Positions 12,660-24,514 of a stretch of DNA of 64,000 bases are shown here, piece after piece. The translations under genes and the position numbers were made by a program. This DNA comes from Octopus bimaculoides. Its lineage: Eukaryota. Below the pieces are notes generated by a model. That model made no database searches. It was given only the letters and a program-made list of their open reading frames with translations, and had not been told where the DNA came from. Position 1 is the first letter of the stretch; each line of letters begins with the position of its first letter. The stretch is taken from NCBI RefSeq assembly GCF_001194135.2, contig NC_068981.1, forward strand, positions 43,194,982 to 43,258,981, read 5' to 3'.

Positions 12660-13746
12660 GTAGCTTCCGCTATCTGGGTGACCAAGTTAGTAGTGGGGGT
12701 AGGTGCGCTGAAAGTGTAACTGCTAGAATAAGAATAGCCTGGGCCAAGTTTAGAGAGCTCTTACCTCTGCTGGCAACAAAGGGACTCTCACTCAGAGTAA
12801 AAGGCAGACTGTATGACGCATGTGTACGAACAGCCATGGTACATGGCAGTGAAACATGAGCTGTGACTGCTGAGGACATGCGTAAGCTCGCAAGGAATGA
12901 AGCCAGTATGCTCCGTTGGATGTGTAATGTAAATGTGCATACCCGTCAGAGTGTAAGTATCTTGAGAGAAAAGCTGAACATNNNNNNNNNNNNNNNNNNN
13001 NNNNNNNNNNNNNNNNNNNNNNNNNNNNNNNNNNNNNNNNNNNNNNNNNNNNNNNNNNNNNNNNNNNNNNNNNNNNNNNNNNNNNNNNNNNNNNNNNNNN
13101 NNNNNNNNNNNNNNNNNNNNNNNNNNNNNNNNNNNNNNNNNNNNNNNNNNNNNNNNNNNNNNNNNNNNNNNNNNNNNNNNNNNNNNNNNNNNNNNNNNNN
13201 NNNNNNNNNNNNNNNNNNNNNNNNNNNNNNNNNNNNNNNNNNNNNNNNNNNNNNNNNNNNNNNNNNNNNNNNNNNNNNNNNNNNNNNNNNNNNNNNNNNN
13301 NNNNNNNNNNNNNNNNNNNNNNNNNNNNNNNNNNNNNNNNNNNNNNNNNNNNNNNNNNNNNNNNNNNNNNNNNNNNNNNNNNNNNNNNNNNCTTGTGCGG
13401 GTGGCACATAAGATGTACCATCCTGAGCGTGACCGTTGCCAGTACCGCCTGACTGGCCTTGTAGGGTTTTCGAGCGAGATCGTTGCCAGTGACCCTGGAC
13501 TGGCTCTTGTGTGGGTGGCACATAAAAGACACCATTTCGAGCGTGGCCGTTTTCGTGCGGGTGACACGTAAAAGCACCCACTACACTCTCTGAGTGGTTG
13601 GCGTTAGAAAGGGCATCCAGCTGTAGAAACTCTGCCAAGTTAGATTGGAACCTGGTGTTGCCATCCGGTTTCACCAGTCCTCAGTCAAATCGTCCAACCC
13701 ATGCTAGCATGGAAAGCGGACGTTAAACGATGATGATGATGATGAT
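12660..13746 (+). mobile_element. Young 5'-truncated RTE LINE (RT thumb plus 3' UTR, with a 410-N gap)
   Basis: SFRYLGDQVSSGG...RIAWAKFRELLPLL...RLYDACVRTAMVHGSETWAVTAEDMRKLARNEASMLRWMCNV is readable, and the copy ends in a (GAT)n tail. Confidence 0.93.
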
Positions 13747-14082
13747 ATATATCTTATATTGTATGTATTTTATTAATTTGCCTGTACAGCTGATAAATTT
13801 GCCTGTCACACATGATGGTATTTCAATGATACCATCCCTTTCTTATATTCAAATATCGCCATCGGTTTAGAGAAAAATTTGTAGTTTAGAATCAGTAGTT
13901 CTTTGACTGCTATTTCTAAATTTTCAGTATGTTGGAGAAGCAACTCAATGCTAATCCGTGTATATTTATGATGATAAATAGTTTTACCGATAAAGGTTTT
14001 TTCATACTGAACTACTTGGCAAAATTGTTAATTATTAATTCTATTATTAATTGACGATTCCCTGCCCTTATTCTTGTATATG

Positions 14083-14131
<49 letters not shown>

Positions 14132-14988
14132 AAGGTTTATTGCATATATACAGTTCCTGTTGTATGTATATAACCCCACTCCACCCCTACATTACTATAA
14201 CTATATATACACTGTCAATATTCGCATATACATCAAATATACACACAAAAGACACATGTATGGGTATTATGTATATTTGGTATTTTCTAACTTGCACTAT
14301 ACATTAGTAAGACTACAACTCAAGAAATACACACATACATCCACTATTGACACAAGTGAACATACACATGCCAAAAACATATATACATATCAACATACAT
14401 ATGAAATAAGCACACATATAAACTTCTGATAGTACATACTTACTCACTTATGAAAATGCACATACACATAAATCCACACAAGCACCAACTGACATGTGCA
14501 CACAATCAATTTTACCTCCCTATGTGAACTCTTTGACATTGAAAGCTAGAGTTTTCTTTTCTCATTTCTACTGCAACTCAAAAATATGGCCTTTTTGTAA
14601 ATTAGGATGGATATACTTGCTTCTGCTATGTTTGCTATCTTTCATTCATATCGTGCTTTTTTTTTTCTTACCAATAAAAAGCAAACTAATACATCCTGAC
14701 AAGATATTCTTTGCTGTCCATGTTATATATATACTTAAATATTCATCATTATAAATTATTACACACACACACACACACACAAACAGAAACACACACAATC
14801 ATCTTTTCCATGCATGTATGTCTTGGACAAGCTTGCTGAGATGGATTTCCTATGGCTGAATGCTTCTCCTGTTTCCAAGTAAGGTAATATTTCTCCATGA
14901 CCAGACATGTTTTAATGAAGGATTGGAAATGAACGATATCACTTCTGTGACAGTGACATTACTATCACATGATGTCAGTCAAGGAGAC

Positions 14989-15069
<81 letters not shown>

Positions 15070-15085
15070 CATATGTGCCGACATT

Positions 15086-15750
15086 ATCATCATCATCACT
15101 TAATGTCCATTGTCCATGCTGGCTTGGGTTGGATGGTTGGACTGAAACTGTTAAGCTGGGAAGCTGATTTGGTATGGATGCCCTTCCTAACACCAGCCAC
15201 TCCAAGAGTGTAGTGGGTGCTTTTTATGTGCCACCAGCATGGGTGTTGTTTACAAAACACTGGCATTGGCCATGACTATAATCTCACTTGGCTTGACAGG
15301 TCTTCTCAAGCATGATATATTACCAAAGGTCTCAGTCACTTGTCACTGCTTCCATGAGGCTCAAAGTTCGAAGGGTACTTTTTATGTGTCACTGGCACAG
15401 TTGCCAGGTATGTGACACTGGCATTGGCCATGTCTACCATTTCACTTGGCTTGATAGGTATTCTTAATCACAGCATGTCACCCAACATTCAAAGAGTGCT
15501 TTTTTTTACATGCCACTGGCACAAATACCAGTTACCTGACACTAGTATCAGCCATGACTGCAAATTCACTTGGCTTGACAGGTTTTCTCAAGCATGGTAT
15601 ATCACTTGCCATTGCCTCCATGAGGTCCACTGTTCAGAGACCATGCTTTATCACCTCTTCCCACATCTCCCTGGGTCTATCTCTTTCACAGGTTCCTGCC
15701 ACAGTTAGAGATCAGCTCTTCTTCACACAGCTGTCCTCATCCAAAAGCAC
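15086..15750 (-). mobile_element. RTE LINE 3' end with repeated UTR modules
   Basis: The reverse-complement tail is followed by several atctcacttggcttgacagg-type modules and the RT C-terminus (GRPRxxW-like). Confidence 0.8.
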
Positions 15751-15767
15751 ATATATGTATATATATA

Positions 15768-16366
15768 CGGGTCTGATCAATAAGTATCCGGACTGTAGCC
15801 ATAGTAATGAAATTAAAGCATGCAGAGTAAAGCCAGTTGGCATAGATTGACCTGAAACGCATCTCATACCCAAATCTTCAGTGATAATGGACTGAACTGA
15901 AATGTAACTAATCTGCACATCCTCTGATAACACATGGATAGTGATTCAATGATTTCTCTTCACAGCTGCATGCACGTCTGTGATGGTTTTCTCAGTTCTG
16001 CTGGTTGCAGGTCTCCTAGAATGTTCGTCAATATCAACATTTTTTCGCACATCTTGGAAACGTCAGAACCACTCGTACACTTGTTTATGATTCATACACT
16101 CCTCTCCATACACTTTCTGCAACTTTGCGTGGGCCTCTGAGCAGGTATTGCCATGGCAACTTTCTCTGTCATGGTCAATGTGACGATCACACACTACACA
16201 CCTTCATTCAAAGCATTGCTGTAAACAACAGAAGTGAGATACAATGTTAAAACTTAGTACACATACACAGCAGAGTTCAAGGTCAATCTCTGTCAAGCGG
16301 CTTCATTTTGTGTGATTTAGCTTCGTTACTATGGCAACAGTCAGGATACTTATTGATCAAACCTCA
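15768..16366 (-). mobile_element. Mariner deletion derivative with both TIRs retained
   Basis: The ~41-bp TIRs are cgggtctgatcaataagtatccggactgtagccatagtaa and ttactatggcaacagtcaggatacttattgatcaaacctca. The interior encodes only an HTH remnant (QKVYGEECMNHKQVYEWF...DEHSRRPATS). Confidence 0.9.
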
Positions 16367-17265
16367 TGCATGTATATTTGTTAGGCAGTTTCCATCTACT
16401 AAATCCACACAAAAGGTATAGGTTAGCCCAGGGTTAGAATAGAAGCCACCTGTTCAAGATTTCACATAGTAAGATTGAACCTGAAACGATGTGGTTGGGA
16501 TGCAAACTTCTTACCACACAGCCATACCTAATACATACATAAAAGATTTATATATATGTGTGTATGTGTGTGTGTGCATGTGTGTGTGTGCATATGTGTG
16601 TACACACATATGTATATCTTTATGCATATACATGCATACACACACACACAAACACGCATACACACATACACACACACTCACACACATACACACATGCACT
16701 TACACACACATACACACACATATGTAATATAGTGCAAGAATAGCACCACCTCAATAAAGTTGAGGCAAGCATGGTTATCTATTAAGTGTTTCACAATGAT
16801 GTAGTTCAAATTGAGCAACCCACAATGCAATTATCTTAACCATAATTTTAGGTGATCAAAGCCTTGTGAGTGAACTGGTTGATGGAAAATATGTGATAGC
16901 TTGATGCAGGGCCTGCACTTGTTCTGAAGTAGTAGACCAAATCTTTCACCAAATTAATAAAAACAGTTGTCTCTCAGGTGCCCACGGGCCTTTAGTGAGG
17001 GCTACTCTGTTGTAAGAATTTGGGTCAGGTTTCTGGTTTGAGAAAAATTTTTATTCCTTCTTCCCTTCAATTTCAAAAGGTCTGTAAATGTTTATGAGCA
17101 CAGCACTCACCTTTCTGCTCAGGTTCATCCATAAATAAGTCATCCTAAATAAGTCAGCTAAAAATGTTTTATATGTATGGCAACAAGTTATAAATGTACT
17201 TTTCCTATTGTAGACATGTTGTATGTATGTGCGCGTGCACACATGCATATGTGTGTTGGTGTGTT

Positions 17266-17298
<33 letters not shown>

Positions 17299-19235
17299 TT
17301 TGAAGATTCTTGATTCTTCAGATGATTCACAGTAATATATATGCTTGTTTATCATTTAAATGGCATTAGAAAAATTGTGCATATGACCATCTAGTTTATG
17401 GTTCAGACCACATATAAATATTTTTATTTGTGCATTGACTGCTGTGCTTATTGTTAGACTGTCTATTATTAAAAGCAATTTAAAGTTTTGTACACTTTAC
17501 ATCAGTAAAAAGCTCAAAAAATATATTTATTTTCACAATGTAATGAAAATGCAGGGAGATATTTTGACGAAATTCAATAGAAAATGATTTGTAAAAAGTT
17601 AAAAATGAAGAAAGATAAAACTAGATAAGACATAAAAATAAACTGTGGTATTAGGCAAACTGTGATGTAGTAATTAGTTTGCTGATGAGGGCCAAATATC
17701 TTATTTGAAAGGTTTACGGCTATTTAATTTTTAGCTATTTTTACACTATGTTTTTCATGATTTTATTGTTTCCTTTAAAGGAATAAACCAATATGATTAA
17801 TTTAGAAGCAAGTGTGTGCCAGACATTTCAATTCTCTTTTCTTTTAATCTTTTTTAATCTTTATTTAATAAAAGTCTCAAAAGACCTTTTTGATATCAGT
17901 CTAAGATTGATATGAAAACATCCTCTCAACAAACTATGTTATTCTCTTATTCTCATCTCTTTTGCTACTGTGAAAATAATTTCAGTTGTTTAGTGATAAT
18001 GATGTTCTTGAGTTTTACAAACAAATATTGCCTAACCTATGGATTGCTTCCCAGGAACATTAGAGATATTGTAAATAATGAAGTAAAAATATGAACAGAC
18101 CAAGTACTTTAAAGTAATCGGAATGCTTCTTGAAACATCTTATTGGTAAGAATTTAATCAATGCTTCCACAAGTAAAAGAAGTTCATATAACTAAGGTTA
18201 AACTCTTGTTTATAAATGAGAATAATAAATGTACATTGTTTTCCATGTCTGGATATTAATTCTTTTGTCATGTCTTGCATATATATTTCCCACAAGATGT
18301 AGTATCTATTCATTTTCTAGCTACATAAGAATTTATGAATCCTAGACAATATTCAGAAATGGGTCACTCATCTAATTGGCATTCACTTGCATTCTCCAGT
18401 TTCTGTTCCACAGGTATGCTATCTCCTTTATCTGCCTTTTGCACTGATACTACAATGGTTTCTACACCTTACAGTTTATCACCTTTGTTATGTCAAACCC
18501 AAGTACTTGCACTAAACATAATGCTTAGTCCTTCCTTTCCAGAATGTTGGTCCTCCGGAATTCTCACCCATCTATCCCCTTCCCACACCGCACCTTTCCT
18601 GTAGATATTGACATGAAACTGTCTAAGAGAAATATTAATGATATCAGTCATACTGGTCTTGGAGAGTCTGAAAAGGTCATGGGTACAATTCTTCCTTATT
18701 CAACAAAAACTAAAGAAAAAAAGAAAAAGATGAAAAAATTGAACAACATGTTGACTGTGTTTATTAGTTGTTTAGTTGCTGGTTAGTTGGTTGGTGAATA
18801 CTCTATCTTATAGGTTAATCTTCCCTTTAGGTATTTTCAAATGTTTTAAAGTAAAATATACTTTTTGAACTAATTTCAATTTAATATTATGTATTCCATG
18901 GTTTACTTTGATATACTTTGAATGATCAAAATAATCTTAAGGTGACAACAGAAAATGATAAATTAGAAAGAAATAGATTGCAACTAGTATGGAAGGCAAA
19001 TTAGATTTTAGATTAAAAGAATAGACTAGTTAACCTTGTGTCCAAAGTTCATGACATTGTAACAACAATAGACACTTCCAGAGTACCAATCATAGTTACT
19101 TCCATTCCTTAGTTAAATAACAGTAAAAAGTGCATTCAAGGAATAAAAAAGAAGTTTTTCAATTGTTGAAGCCATTTCACTTTTCTTCATGCAAGCTAAT
19201 AGCAATCGTGCATTGGAATCTTTTGAAAAAAAATC

Positions 19236-19290
19236 CACTTTGATCTTTGCTGAAAGGCTCAGGAAGTGCTTTTTCGTTGAGATCAAAGTG
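19236..19290. ncRNA. Candidate pre-miRNA-like hairpin
   Basis: It has 23-nt arms cactttgatctttgctgaaaggc / gctttttcgttgagatcaaagtg and a 9-nt loop. There is no match to a miRNA I recognise. Confidence 0.3.
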
Positions 19291-20291
19291 TAGTATTTTA
19301 CTCTTTAAAGTGCTAACTGATCATTTTAGAGAGTAACTTTTGAAAAATACCTTTAGGAAAGGAATAAGCATCAAAACTTGCATTTATTGTGCCTCTCAAT
19401 AGTCTTAGAATTATACACTCCAGTATATGCTCGCAAACCATGACAATGTCACAATAAATTATATCGTAAAGTATCTATGCTAAGGAAAAAGAAAGAAAAT
19501 AGAAGAAAACTTGCATTGAGTAGTGTCTATAATTATATACAATTATGTTCCTTTCATCAGAATCTTTTGGTTAAGGAAGACAATACAAATGGAATATTTA
19601 TTAAGAAATTTATCTGGAACATCTTACAACCATCTTGCAATATGTTTCCTATAGTGTGATTTTCTACAGAATATATTACAATGCTATTTTAGTTGCTTAC
19701 AATGTTAAAAAACAAATAAAATAAAAAGAGTATAATAAAAGAGAATGGAGATTTTAGTGGGATTTCTCAAAGTTGTTTCCTTGCACATAAAGTAGCAATT
19801 ATCTGTCTAAATTGCTAGTACTTTCAATGGTTCTGCTTATCTGTTGATTGGCTAATAATGATGTGTAATTGAAATACAACTGGGAATATCTAAATTTGAA
19901 ACCAGCATTCTGTGTTTCACTCATCAAAAGATGTTAACAATCAGAAGAAGCTAATTATTTCTAACAAAACAAAGAAAAATACATGAAAAAAGGCAGACAA
20001 AAAATATGAATCCTTCAATAGATGAAGCATCTTGTCTGGGGACACAATACATCTAACAATCTGTCATATAGATTGTCTTATAAAATTGAGAGATGCTATA
20101 TGTGTCATTAGATTATTATTCTGTTAGTTGAAGAGTTACAAGTTAATGTATAAGGCAACTGTCCAGCTTTCCCACAGCAATATCACTTAACTTTTACTGG
20201 CCCAGTCTACCCCACTATACACAGGTATCAGTGTGAAGAACAATTTTCTGGGGTACGAAGTAAGGCATGCTGCACGGCTTTCATACATATT

Positions 20292-20334
<43 letters not shown>

Positions 20335-20472
20335 ATGCATGCAGGTATAGTTGTGTAATTAAACAATTTGATTTGCATCAATCTAGTTCCAGTTGAGGTG
20401 TCTTCTATAATAGTCTTGTGTCAACCAAAGCATAGTGGGTAAAAATTTAGCTAAACTGAAACTATAATGAAA

Positions 20473-20619
20473 GTACAGTTCTATATTTAAGAGATGAGGA
20501 ATTATGTACATTATTTACATTATTTACATTTGATGGATATTTGTCTTCATCTTGTTTGTTGTTAACACAACATTTCGGCTGATATACTCTCCAACCTCCA
20601 GTTTGATTCCAGGTAGTGA

Positions 20620-20675
<56 letters not shown>

Positions 20676-20790
20676 TCAAAAATTACTTAAAAATGAGAAC
20701 CCTGATGAAGGCAGGAGGGTATATCAGCCAAAACGTGTTAACAACAAACAAAATGGGGACAGATATCTGTCAAATGTAGATAATTTAAAT
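20473..20790. mobile_element. Penelope-like terminal repeat in inverted arrangement, with degenerate hammerhead cores and (AAT)n
   Basis: The left arm (20473-20600) is the reverse complement of the right-hand terminus (20701-20790). Both are paralogous to 57165-57260. ctgatgaaggc...gcc(a)aaac is at 20702. Confidence 0.75.
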
Positions 20791-21229
20791 AAGGTATAAT
20801 GAAACTAGTTGGTTAGTTGTGTGTGTGTGCATGCATGTGTCTGTGTGTGTCTGTGTGTGATGTCTATCACCATAGGAAGAACAAAATTTTTTGGTATTCT
20901 GAGTGATATCCATTTACATTTGGTTACCTAAATTTTGTCTTTTACAAATTTGTTAAAATACGATAAACAAACAAAATAAAATAAAATACTGGGTTGATAT
21001 AAGCATCTGAAACTCTTGTAGACGGTGCCAAACTACGATCATTGTCCAATAACTAAAAACTAGTCAAAAAAAAAAAAAGAAAAGGAAAAAGAAGAATTTA
21101 GTTATTTTCGGTGAGAAGCTCAAATACTGCCAAAATCTAAACGAAGGTATTAAGAAAACTTTGAAGCTATTCCTCCAGTTAAATCACAATAAATCAACAT
21201 ACACACACAAAAATGTCAAAGGTCCATTC

Positions 21230-21430
21230 AGAGCCATAGACTCATAAAACTAGTTTATATACTCCTTCTCTGGATAAGACACCTGTCTGTTGCAGGATTA
21301 TGCCTTTTTGCCAACTGAGTGAACTGAAGCAACATGAAATGTTGCTCAAGAACGCAACACATTACTTGGTTCAGGAAACGAAATCACAATCTTACAGTCA
21401 TTAGTGCAGTACCTTAACCATTAAGGCACA
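21230..21430 (-). mobile_element. tRNA/CORE SINE (second family)
   Basis: The minus strand reads tggttaaggtactgcactaatgactgtaagattgtg...gttcttgagcaac. A paralog lies at 23440-23660. Confidence 0.7.
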
Positions 21431-21689
21431 TGTTTCCACATATATACATATGCGTATGTGTGTGTGAGTATATATATATATATATATNNNNNNNNNNNNN
21501 NNNNNNNNNNNNNNNNNNNNNNNNNNNNNNNNNNNNNNNNNNNNNNNNNNNNNNNNNNNNNNNNNNNNNNNNNNNNNNNNNNNNNNNNNNNNNNNNNNNN
21601 NNNNNNNNNNNNNNNNNNNNNNNNNNNNNNNNNNNNNNNNNNNNNNNNNNNNNNNNNNNNNNNNNNNNNNATAGACAGACAAACAGACA

Positions 21690-21950
21690 AATTGATAAGG
21701 CGTGGTTGTGTGGTAAGAAGCTTGTCGTATGTATGTACATATCTCTGTGTGTGTATCTTTGTGTCTGTGTTTGTCCCCTGCCATCACCATTTGATAGCCT
21801 GTGTTGGTGTGTTTATGCCCCATAACTTAGCAGGTCAGCAAAAGGGACTAATAGGACTGGTGTTGATTTCTTTAACTAAAACCCTTGAAGGTGATGCTCC
21901 AGCATGGCTGCAGTCAAATAACTGAAACAAGTAAAAGAATAAAAGAATAA
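21690..21950 (+). mobile_element. CORE-type tRNA SINE (centrally deleted)
   Basis: It has the head ggcgtggttgtgtggtaagaagc and the tail gcagtcaaataactgaaacaagtaaaagaataaaaga. Confidence 0.8.
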
Positions 21951-23059
21951 ATGCTAAATATTTAGAGGTACAACAGTGACCTGCTCTGTTAAAATATCAA
22001 TTTCATTAATCTCATAGGTTCTGTGATAGTTGTGGGCACTGCACATTCTATCTGACTAAAGTATAAAAAAATATTACGTGTTAAATTTTATCCTTCATCT
22101 CTTTCAATGATCATTATTTCTAAAATTATTTCATATTTGGCAATATATGAAAATACTTTCCACACACGTCTGAAACACAAGTTTTGCATTGCTAACTTAA
22201 CAATATAGATTTGCAAACAATGATGTGTTATGAATGCTAAATAGTTATGTAATTCATTAGGAGTTTATGATTGATTACTAAAGTTTTCCTGATAAGCCAT
22301 TTTGCATTCAAGTAGCAAAACTGAACCATTCAACCATCAGCTATCTTCTCTTTAAGTAATGCTATTTACCTCTTGAAAATATTTCAGTATTTCATACCTA
22401 CTTGTAAAAATGACTAATTTGCTCAGATATAAGCCAAACAGAAAGAAATTAAGTGTAGCACTGCAGAACAAAGAAACCAAAAGCAGTAATCAGAAAATTG
22501 TTGAAAATTGAGAATTCTTGCAAATAGATAAAAATTAAATATGAATAAAATTAAATAAAGAAGTAAAAATACAATGCTAGAAAGAAAGTGAGACAGAGAG
22601 AGAAGGTGAGAGAGATGAGGAGAGATGAAAATAGCTATTTTATCTGCAGATATATTATTTACAACTATGTGGAATAGAATTCATTTAATCATGTTATATT
22701 TTATGAATGGATAGTTACTATGGCTAATATTGATTTCTTTTAATAGCACATTTCAGTAAACTTCTAATGGAGTGGTGCAGAGTTAGTTGAATGGACCTCA
22801 ATATAATACCGGTGTAAATGAACCTCAGAGACAACTTCTACTAAGTCAAAAAGAGAGCTACTACTAGCCAATGAGGCTGTCTCTAACAAGTCACATATGC
22901 TGCCTCTGCCAAGCTAATAAGGCAAATATCTACTTGTGATTGGAAATGGCCACTTCAGGCCAGTGAGGAAGCTTTGCCTCTGCCAGCCAATGTGGGAGCC
23001 TATGTTGAGATGACAAAGGAACCTCTACTGAACCCATGTGAGAGACAATATGTTGTTAT

Positions 23060-23215
23060 CAAACCTGCTAGAAATAGCAGCCAAATATTCCTCAGATTAC
23101 ATCCCATCGTATTAAAAAGTAAAGAATAATCTGGACAAAGTAAAAACTGATATAAAAATATACAAGATGGTCCTGGTTGAGATGTTTTGATCATAAGTTA
23201 TGGATCAGAGATAAT
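23060..23215 (+). mobile_element. Dispersed short repeat (gctagaaatagcagccaaat family)
   Basis: Diverged paralogs lie at about 24100-24330, 24950-25200, 26380-26500, 49970-50160, 54230-54370, 54860-54930, 55380-55530 and 59210-59290. Confidence 0.7.
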
Positions 23216-23439
23216 TTGAGGTTAAACAATGGTTGATATAAATCTCACCAAATATAAAAAATATTAAAGGCAAAGCTACAAAGTTAATCCTTTCTTGTTT
23301 TTAAACTCTGAATGTAGGGGAACAAAGCTAAATTCTGAATTAATTAAAGTAAACAAGTGCAATAAATTATTTTGCAGTTAGGAGGAGGATGTTTCAGTCA
23401 GAACCCTTGCAGTAAAATAAAGTTCCTTCCCAAATCATA

Positions 23440-23660
23440 CAGACTCATAGGGTTGGTCTCCTGATTTTCATGGCAGATCTACTCCCTACCTGGATGGGAC
23501 ACCAGTCCATTGCAGGATTACTCATTTCTGCTACTTGAGTGGACTAGAACAATGTGAAATGAAGTGCTTTGCTTGAAAATGCAACGCATCGCCTGGTCCA
23601 AGAATTGAAACCACAATCTTATGATCAAGAGTCGAACACTCTAACCACTAAACCATGCAC
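23440..23660 (-). mobile_element. tRNA/CORE SINE (second family)
   Basis: It is a paralog of 21230-21430 and includes ctggatgggacaccagtccattgcagg. Confidence 0.7.
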
Positions 23661-24453
23661 CTCCCTAGATGCTTGAACTTTGTATGTTGAGTGGCAAAGC
23701 TGACCTCAACAGAACTTGAACACAGAGCTGAAACAATTGATAAGTATTCTATCTGACATGCTAATGAGTTTACCAATTTGTTGCTGAGTTTTGGATAAAT
23801 GATATAATCAATTTAATCAAAATTATTTAATTGACTAATACACATTGTGTCAATCATGGAAAGATGAAATGCAAATGAAACTCAGCTGGATTTGAATTCA
23901 GTTCATAAAATGATGCAAATTAAATATCCTGAAATAATTTGTTCATTGCTCTTCTACCAAATCTGTCATCCATTACCCACAATTCTATTATGGATAATTT
24001 TAATTTCCTTTGATAGAATACAAAGCCAAGTAATGCAGAGGAAAGTATGGGTGACTGAATCAACCCATCTCTAATATCTTCAATAGACATTTATAGCTGT
24101 TTCAGCTGTTTAGTCCCGAATCTGTTTTGACTGATCAAACCTATGGAACCTATGGTGAAATGTATTCCAATCATGACAAACCAGTCATTTGTGTGTGTGT
24201 GTGTGTGTGTGCACGTCTGTGTGTGTGTGTGTTAGTGGTGCATTATAAATCTCATATTTAATGTAATCTCTTTTTAAAGATGTCAGGCTGTGATTTAATG
24301 GGAAATTTGGCTCCCTTGTAGGTTCAATAGTTATTTGTCCTATTCAACTGAAAGGGATTAAAGAGAGAACAGGAAAAACAATCTGGACTCTGAATGCAAT
24401 CGATGTTATAGAGTTCTATCATTTTTTCAGAATTACCTCCCATGCCACCACCA

Positions 24454-24514
24454 CAATATTTATAACTTGACAGAGAGTGTGTATGTCACACACTCTGTGA
24501 AGTTATAAATATTG
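24454..24514. other. Near-perfect 28-bp hairpin
   Basis: caatatttataacttgacagagagtgtg, loop tatgt, then cacacactctgtgaagttataaatattg, with 2 mismatches. Confidence 0.85.

Noticed and set aside
18335-18786. Overlapping short ORFs in a relatively GC-richer segment
   Set aside because: Every frame on both strands is interrupted or lacks convincing splice pairs, and no motif is recognised.
3397-20231. Plus-strand exon-like segments near 3397, 10330-10381 and 20185-20231 that can be chained in phase
   Set aside because: The chain needs selective acceptor choice (one join creates TAG), gives no recognisable protein, and such matches are expected by chance.
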